Shown here piece by piece: positions 59,206-64,000 of a stretch of 64,000 nt of DNA. A program made the position numbers and the translations under genes. The notes beneath the pieces are model-generated. The model was not told the origin of the DNA, ran no database searches, and saw only the letters and a program-made list of their open reading frames with translations. The stretch's first letter is position 1; each line of letters begins with the position of its first letter. Source of the stretch: an uncultured Planctomycetota bacterium (GTDB lineage: Bacteria > Planctomycetota > Planctomycetia > Isosphaerales > Isosphaeraceae); assembly GCA_963737655.1 (NCBI GenBank), contig CAVTTN010000002.1, positions 3,712,001 to 3,776,000 of the forward strand, read 5' to 3'.

Positions 59206-60906
59206 ATGCAAGCGATCATGACGGGTCCGAGGCGTTTCCGGCCGGGCCGGCTCCTGCTCTGGAGCCTGGGCGCGGTCGTGGCCGCGGCGGTGCTGGTCAC
59301 GACGTCCCAGAGGATCTCCGCCCGCAATCGTCCCGAGGCCGGGGCGATCGTGAGGGACCCGGCGCTCGGGGTGGCCCACTCACGAGTCCAGGCCCGCGCC
59401 CGGTTCCCCCGACTGATCTTCGAGGGGGAGACCTTCCCCGCGGCCGAGCTGGAACGCCCGTCCCGCCTCGAGGAGAAATTCGGATCGTGCGAGGTCCTCG
59501 TCCGCTATTTCGACCGCCAGGGCCGGGAAGTTACCAGGGCGGAGACCCCGGGGCCGTACGCGGCGTTCGTCGAGATCCGGCCGGCGGGTCAGTCGCCGTC
59601 TCATCGCTTCTTCACGCTCTATCGCCTGGCCCAGCCCGTGGCCGATGACTGGATCTTCCGGCCCGAGGACCCCGCGGACCTCGCCGTCAAGCTCGGGGTC
59701 GAGCCCGCCGTGATCGAGAGGCAGAAGGACCTGATCGCCGCCCGGTTCGCCGGCCGGAGGTTCGACGACCTCGCCCGCCTGCCCCTGACGGCCCGATTCG
59801 TCGGGGGGCTCGCCCTCTCGACGCCCTCGTCCGAGCCGGTCCGCAAGTGGAACGACGCCGAGGCGGTCGAGCGCCAGTGGTGGGTCGATTGGAAGCAGGC
59901 CCACATCTCGCCCGGATCGCTCCGAGCCCAGCCCTTCCTCGGCCCCGACCTCATCACCGGGCCACCCTCGCCCGTCCTCCGCGAAGGGACCATGGAAGAG
60001 GCCGGGATGAAGGCCGACGCCGCCGAGACGATCGACGACCTCCTTCAGCAATGGTCGGCCGACACCGACAAGGCGTTCGCCGTCTGCATCGCGAGGAGGA
60101 GCGTGATCGTCCTCCACAAGGCCTATGGCGAGCGGGACGGCAAGCCGATGACCGTCAAGAACCGGAGCTGGATGGCCTCGATCACCAAGACGATGTCGGC
60201 CAGCCTGATGATGATGATGGTCGATCGCGGACGGATCGACCTGGAGACGCCGATCAACACCGTCCTGCCCCAGTTCGCCGGGGTGACCTCCAAGAAGCCG
60301 CTGACGGTCCGCCAGTTGTACACCCACACCCACGGCCTGGAGGACTTCCTCAAGCCGACCGACGAATGGCCCGACTTCAGCTACTTCGCGGCCGACGCCC
60401 TGCCCGCCGTGAAGGTCGGCCAGCGGTGGAACTACAACGGCGTGGGCTACACGCTCGGCGGCAAGGTGATCGAGCAGCTCTCCGGCGAGGCGATCCCGCA
60501 GTTCTACCGGAACCACCTGCTCGGGCCTCTCGGGATGGACGACACCGACGTCTCGGGGACTCACGCCGACTGCCGGAGCACGCCCCTGGACATCGCCAGG
60601 TTCGGCCAGATGCTCCTGAACGGCGGCAGCTACGGCGACAAGCGGTTCTTCCGCGAGGAGACCTTCCGCCGGATGCTCCCCACCAGGCTGACCGCGGCCC
60701 TCGGCCCCGACACCGGCAAGTCCTGGGGGATGGGCCTCGACGGCCGCCCCCCCCGGATCTACCACGGGGCCGCGTCCTCCGCCACGTTCCAGCTCGACCT
60801 GGAACAAAACCTCGTGATCGTGATGACCCGGAACGCGATGGGGAAGAACTACGACAAGTACTTCCCCCGGTTCATGGAAACGGTCCGCGGCGCGATCCAG
60901 AGGTAG
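59206..60906 (+). CDS. Serine hydrolase (beta-lactamase class C/AmpC-like family) with N-terminal extension
   Basis: ASITK (SxxK), LYTHTHGL, WNYN, PLGM, YHGA; N-terminal TM. Confidence 0.85.
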   Translation: MQAIMTGPRRFRPGRLLLWSLGAVVAAAVLVTTSQRISARNRPEAGAIVRDPALGVAHSRVQARARFPRLIFEGETFPAAELERPSRLEEKFGSCEVLVRYFDRQGREVTRAETPGPYAAFVEIRPAGQSPSHRFFTLYRLAQPVADDWIFRPEDPADLAVKLGVEPAVIERQKDLIAARFAGRRFDDLARLPLTARFVGGLALSTPSSEPVRKWNDAEAVERQWWVDWKQAHISPGSLRAQPFLGPDLITGPPSPVLREGTMEEAGMKADAAETIDDLLQQWSADTDKAFAVCIARRSVIVLHKAYGERDGKPMTVKNRSWMASITKTMSASLMMMMVDRGRIDLETPINTVLPQFAGVTSKKPLTVRQLYTHTHGLEDFLKPTDEWPDFSYFAADALPAVKVGQRWNYNGVGYTLGGKVIEQLSGEAIPQFYRNHLLGPLGMDDTDVSGTHADCRSTPLDIARFGQMLLNGGSYGDKRFFREETFRRMLPTRLTAALGPDTGKSWGMGLDGRPPRIYHGAASSATFQLDLEQNLVIVMTRNAMGKNYDKYFPRFMETVRGAIQR

Positions 60907-60914
60907 ACCGCGTC

Positions 60915-62687
60915 TCAGGCACCCGAGGGCGTCCGGGGCGACCGGACGCCCTGCGCCGCGCCGATCCCCCCCACGACCATCCCCCCGGCGAACAGGGACA
61001 CGCCCCAGATCGCCCGGTCGTGCCCCTTCATCCCCACGGTGAGGACCTCCCTCAAGTCGGTCGCCAGGTTCTTCTCGTGGGGGATCACGAACGTCCCGAC
61101 CGCGGCGGCGAGGAACCCGATCGCGGCGACCTTCAGGGCCGTCGGCGTCGCCTTCGGCCGTCCGATCGTCTGGCCGATCGTGCTGTGCGTGAATCCATAC
61201 GACGCATAAACCGCCAGCCCCAGGACGAGCCAGCCCACGAACCGCCACCACGAGGCCGGGGGCAAGTAATACATCAGGAAGATGCAGGAGATGGCCCCGA
61301 GCGTCGGGAAGAGCCACGGCCCGAACGGCACGCGGAACGGCCTCGCGCGGTCGGGCTCGCGATACCTGAGGATCGGGATGCCTGCGCAGACCAGGACGAA
61401 CGCGAACAGGGTCCCGATATTGGTCAGATCGACGACCTCGTCGATGCTGGCGAGCGACGAGATCACGCCCACGACCAGGCCGGTCAGGATCGTCCCCACG
61501 TACGGGGTCTGATACCGGGGATGGAGCTTCGCGAACGAGGACGGGAGCAGCCCGTCCCTCGCCATCGAGAAGAGGATTCGGGGCTGGCCCATCAGGAACA
61601 CGAGCAACACGGCCGTCTGCGCCACCACCGAGCCGATCCCGACGATGATCGTCGGCCAGGTCATGTCTTCGGGCGCCACGTGGCGGAGGGCCGCGGTCAG
61701 CGGCTCCTTGATCTTCTCCTCGGAGAACCCGACGAATTCCCGATACGGGACCATCCCGGTGAACACGGCGGCGATCGCCGCGTAGAACACGGCGCAGATC
61801 GCCAGAGAGGCGAGGATGCCGATCGGCAGGTCGCGGCCCGGGTTCTTCGTCTCCTCGGCGACCGTCGAGACGGCGTCATAACCGATGTAGGCGAAGAAGA
61901 CGATGGCCGCCCCGGCGAACGTCCCCCGCCAGCCATTGGGCTGGAACGGCTTCCAGTGCTCGACCATCCGCCTCGGCGACACGAAATACAGGCCGATCAC
62001 CACGAAGAACAGCAGGACGACGATCTTCACGATCACCATCGTCGCATTGAATTGGGCGGATTCCCGGATCCCCCAGACCAGCAGCGCCGTGATCGCCATC
62101 GTGATCCCGAACGCCAGGACGTTGACGATCAACGGGTGGCCGAAGACGATCGGCGCCCCGCCGAAATCCCTCGCGTACTGAGCCGGGTTCGATTCCAGCA
62201 GACGTGCCGCGCTGCGGAAGTCGCTGGCGAGCCATCCGGGGAAATTGATGTGAAAGTCCGCCAGCAACGAGCGGAAATAGCCCGACCAACTGATCGCCAC
62301 CGACGTGTTGCCGACCCCGTATTCGATGATCAGGTCCCAGCCGATGATCCAGGCCACCAGCTCGCCCATGGTCGCGTAAGAATAGGTATAGGCGGAGCCG
62401 GAGACGGGGACCATCGAGGCGAGCTCGGCGTAGCAGAGGGCCGTGAACGAGCAGACCACGGCGGTGATCATGAACGAGAGCATCAGCGACGGGCCGGCGC
62501 CCGGCCTCGCGGGGTCGCCCACCGTGGCGGTGCCGATCGTCGAATAGATCCCCGTGCCGATGATCGCGCCGATCCCCAGGAGCGTGACGCTCACCGGCCC
62601 GAGCGTCTTCTTCAGGCCGTGGCCCTTGCCCTCGGCGGAGGCGAGGATCTCGTCGAGCGACTTCCGGCGGAACAGTCCTGGGAGCAC
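60915..62687 (-). CDS. APC family amino acid permease
   Basis: GIGAIIGTGI, CYAELAS.VPVSGSAYTY, FFAYIGYDAVST.AEE, PRILFSMARDGLLP, RPFRVP. Confidence 0.93.
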   Translation of the reverse strand: MLPGLFRRKSLDEILASAEGKGHGLKKTLGPVSVTLLGIGAIIGTGIYSTIGTATVGDPARPGAGPSLMLSFMITAVVCSFTALCYAELASMVPVSGSAYTYSYATMGELVAWIIGWDLIIEYGVGNTSVAISWSGYFRSLLADFHINFPGWLASDFRSAARLLESNPAQYARDFGGAPIVFGHPLIVNVLAFGITMAITALLVWGIRESAQFNATMVIVKIVVLLFFVVIGLYFVSPRRMVEHWKPFQPNGWRGTFAGAAIVFFAYIGYDAVSTVAEETKNPGRDLPIGILASLAICAVFYAAIAAVFTGMVPYREFVGFSEEKIKEPLTAALRHVAPEDMTWPTIIVGIGSVVAQTAVLLVFLMGQPRILFSMARDGLLPSSFAKLHPRYQTPYVGTILTGLVVGVISSLASIDEVVDLTNIGTLFAFVLVCAGIPILRYREPDRARPFRVPFGPWLFPTLGAISCIFLMYYLPPASWWRFVGWLVLGLAVYASYGFTHSTIGQTIGRPKATPTALKVAAIGFLAAAVGTFVIPHEKNLATDLREVLTVGMKGHDRAIWGVSLFAGGMVVGGIGAAQGVRSPRTPSGA

Positions 62688-62726
62688 GAGGGATCTCCGA
62701 CGATTCGGCGGAAATGCGAAGCGTGA

Positions 62727-62782
62727 ATGGGATGCACCATCTTCGATTCATGTTCGAAGATGGTGCATCCCATGCACCCTAC
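62727..62782. repeat. Second, partly degenerate GTAG-type REPIN copy
   Basis: atgggatgcaccatcttcga .. tcgaagatggtgcatcccat-gcaccctac; 20-bp perfect stem homologous to 24438-24511. Confidence 0.8.
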
Positions 62783-62799
62783 AGGATTGTGGCTCGCGA

Positions 62800-64000
62800 T
62801 CAAGCCTTCGGTCCCTTGCGGGCCTTCAGGTGGCTGGCCCAGTGCCTGGCCGCCGTCGGGTGGACGGCCGCGGCCTTCACGGCCTGGTGGGCCGTGGCCT
62901 TCACGGCGTGGTGGGCCTTGACCTTGGCGGTCGTCGGCAAGGTCAGAGTCGCGAAGCTGATCGTCGTCTGGTAATCCATCCCCACCGTCGGGTTGGCCGT
63001 CGTCCCGCCGAGCGCCCCGCCCGTGGTCGAGACGATCGCGCCGGTGCCGGTCCCCCGGATCGTCAGCCGATAGCTCTTGTGGACGTCGAGTTGATGGCTC
63101 GTCACGAGCGTGACGGTGGATGTCGTCGCGTTGTACACCGCCGAGACCAGACCGATGTTCGCCCCGCCGTTGACCGGGACGATCGTGTAATTGATCGGGT
63201 CCTGGGCGGTCGTCGCGTCGATCGGGTCGCTGAACGTGATGACCAGCTGGGTCGGCTGCTCGTGGATGCCGTACCGCCGGACGCTGGTCACGCTCAGCGG
63301 GGCGGCGGTGATCGGCGTGGGCGAGGTCGAGACGTCGGTCTCCAGGATGTTCAGGGTGGCCGAGGCGATCGAGCCGATCGACGCCCCTCCGGCCGGGTTG
63401 CTCAGGGTGAGGCCCACGGTCTGAGTGCCGTTGTTCACCTTGTCGTCGAGGACCGGCACGGTGAACGTCTTGGTCGTCTCGCCGTCGTTGAAGAACAGGC
63501 TGCCGGTGACCGGGGTGTAGTTCACCCCGGCCTGGCCCGAGCCTCCGCCGGTCGTGTAGTTCACCGACACCGGACCATCGGTCCCCCCGACGCGATTGAC
63601 GACGATCGTCGCCGACCCGCCGTTCTCGCCGATCGAGTAGCTCGGGGCCGAGAACTGGAGCTGGCCCGAGATGCCCGCCACGACCACGAGCTGGACGTTC
63701 GAGCTGTTCGAGGCCACGGTGTCGGCCTGGTCGGCCGAGACGCTGGCGGTGTCGTTGAGCAGCCCCATCTGATAGGGCTGGATCACGATGGTCACGGTGG
63801 CCGTCTGCCCGACGGACAGGCTGCCGATGGGGATCTGCAAGACCGATCCCGGAGTGGTGGCGGCCCCGTTCGGCCCGTTGGCCGAGATGAAGTTCACGCC
63901 CGAGGGGAGCGTGTCGGTCAGGACGACGTTCGTGGCGTCGCTCGGCCCGTTGTTGGTGACGTTCAGCGTGTAGGTCAGGTAGCCGTGGAGCGCGACCGGG
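62800..64000 (-). CDS. Large surface protein, 3' part (DUF11 + Calx-beta + C-terminal Ig-like domain); 5' end outside the window
   Basis: LTYTLNVTNNGPSDATNVVLTDTLP (DUF11); QFSAPSYSIGEN..VNRVGG..F..GET.KTFTVPVLDD (Calx-beta); K/A/H-rich tail. Confidence 0.85.
   Translation of the reverse strand, partial: PVALHGYLTYTLNVTNNGPSDATNVVLTDTLPSGVNFISANGPNGAATTPGSVLQIPIGSLSVGQTATVTIVIQPYQMGLLNDTASVSADQADTVASNSSNVQLVVVAGISGQLQFSAPSYSIGENGGSATIVVNRVGGTDGPVSVNYTTGGGSGQAGVNYTPVTGSLFFNDGETTKTFTVPVLDDKVNNGTQTVGLTLSNPAGGASIGSIASATLNILETDVSTSPTPITAAPLSVTSVRRYGIHEQPTQLVITFSDPIDATTAQDPINYTIVPVNGGANIGLVSAVYNATTSTVTLVTSHQLDVHKSYRLTIRGTGTGAIVSTTGGALGGTTANPTVGMDYQTTISFATLTLPTTAKVKAHHAVKATAHQAVKAAAVHPTAARHWASHLKARKGPKA

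Overview
A 64-kb, very GC-rich bacterial chromosomal segment. Gene content points to a planctomycete, probably Isosphaeraceae (inference): a DUF1559 prepilin-like protein, a PVC-type CxxCH heme protein, DUF4058, three Uma2 nucleases, PEP-CTERM, secreted WD40/TPR proteins and a Calx-beta surface protein. About 50 genes are supported. Housekeeping and metabolic genes are chdC/hemQ, manA, mqnA, mqnC, glnA, lspA, a DksA/TraR protein, xylA, yjbQ and maf. Transport genes are two ABC exporters, a CzcBA-type RND pump and an APC permease. There is also a sigma54 two-component system. I recognised no rRNA, tRNA, CRISPR array, integrase or transposase. The most notable items are: (1) a ~1190-aa pseudokinase / Ser-Thr kinase / START-like / DUF5939 / degenerate cyclase fusion; (2) a Panacea (DUF4065) antitoxin coupled to an unrecognised coiled-coil + 2-TM candidate toxin; (3) a ~2-kb AT-richer insert bounded by ~45-bp inverted repeats between the sigma54 activator and a sigma54 promoter upstream of the DUF1559 gene; (4) GTAG-type REP/REPIN hairpins; (5) an Stf3-like sulfotransferase. 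At least four genes carry single-base frameshifts, which suggests long-read assembly indels. All family calls come from motif recognition by eye, not database searches.
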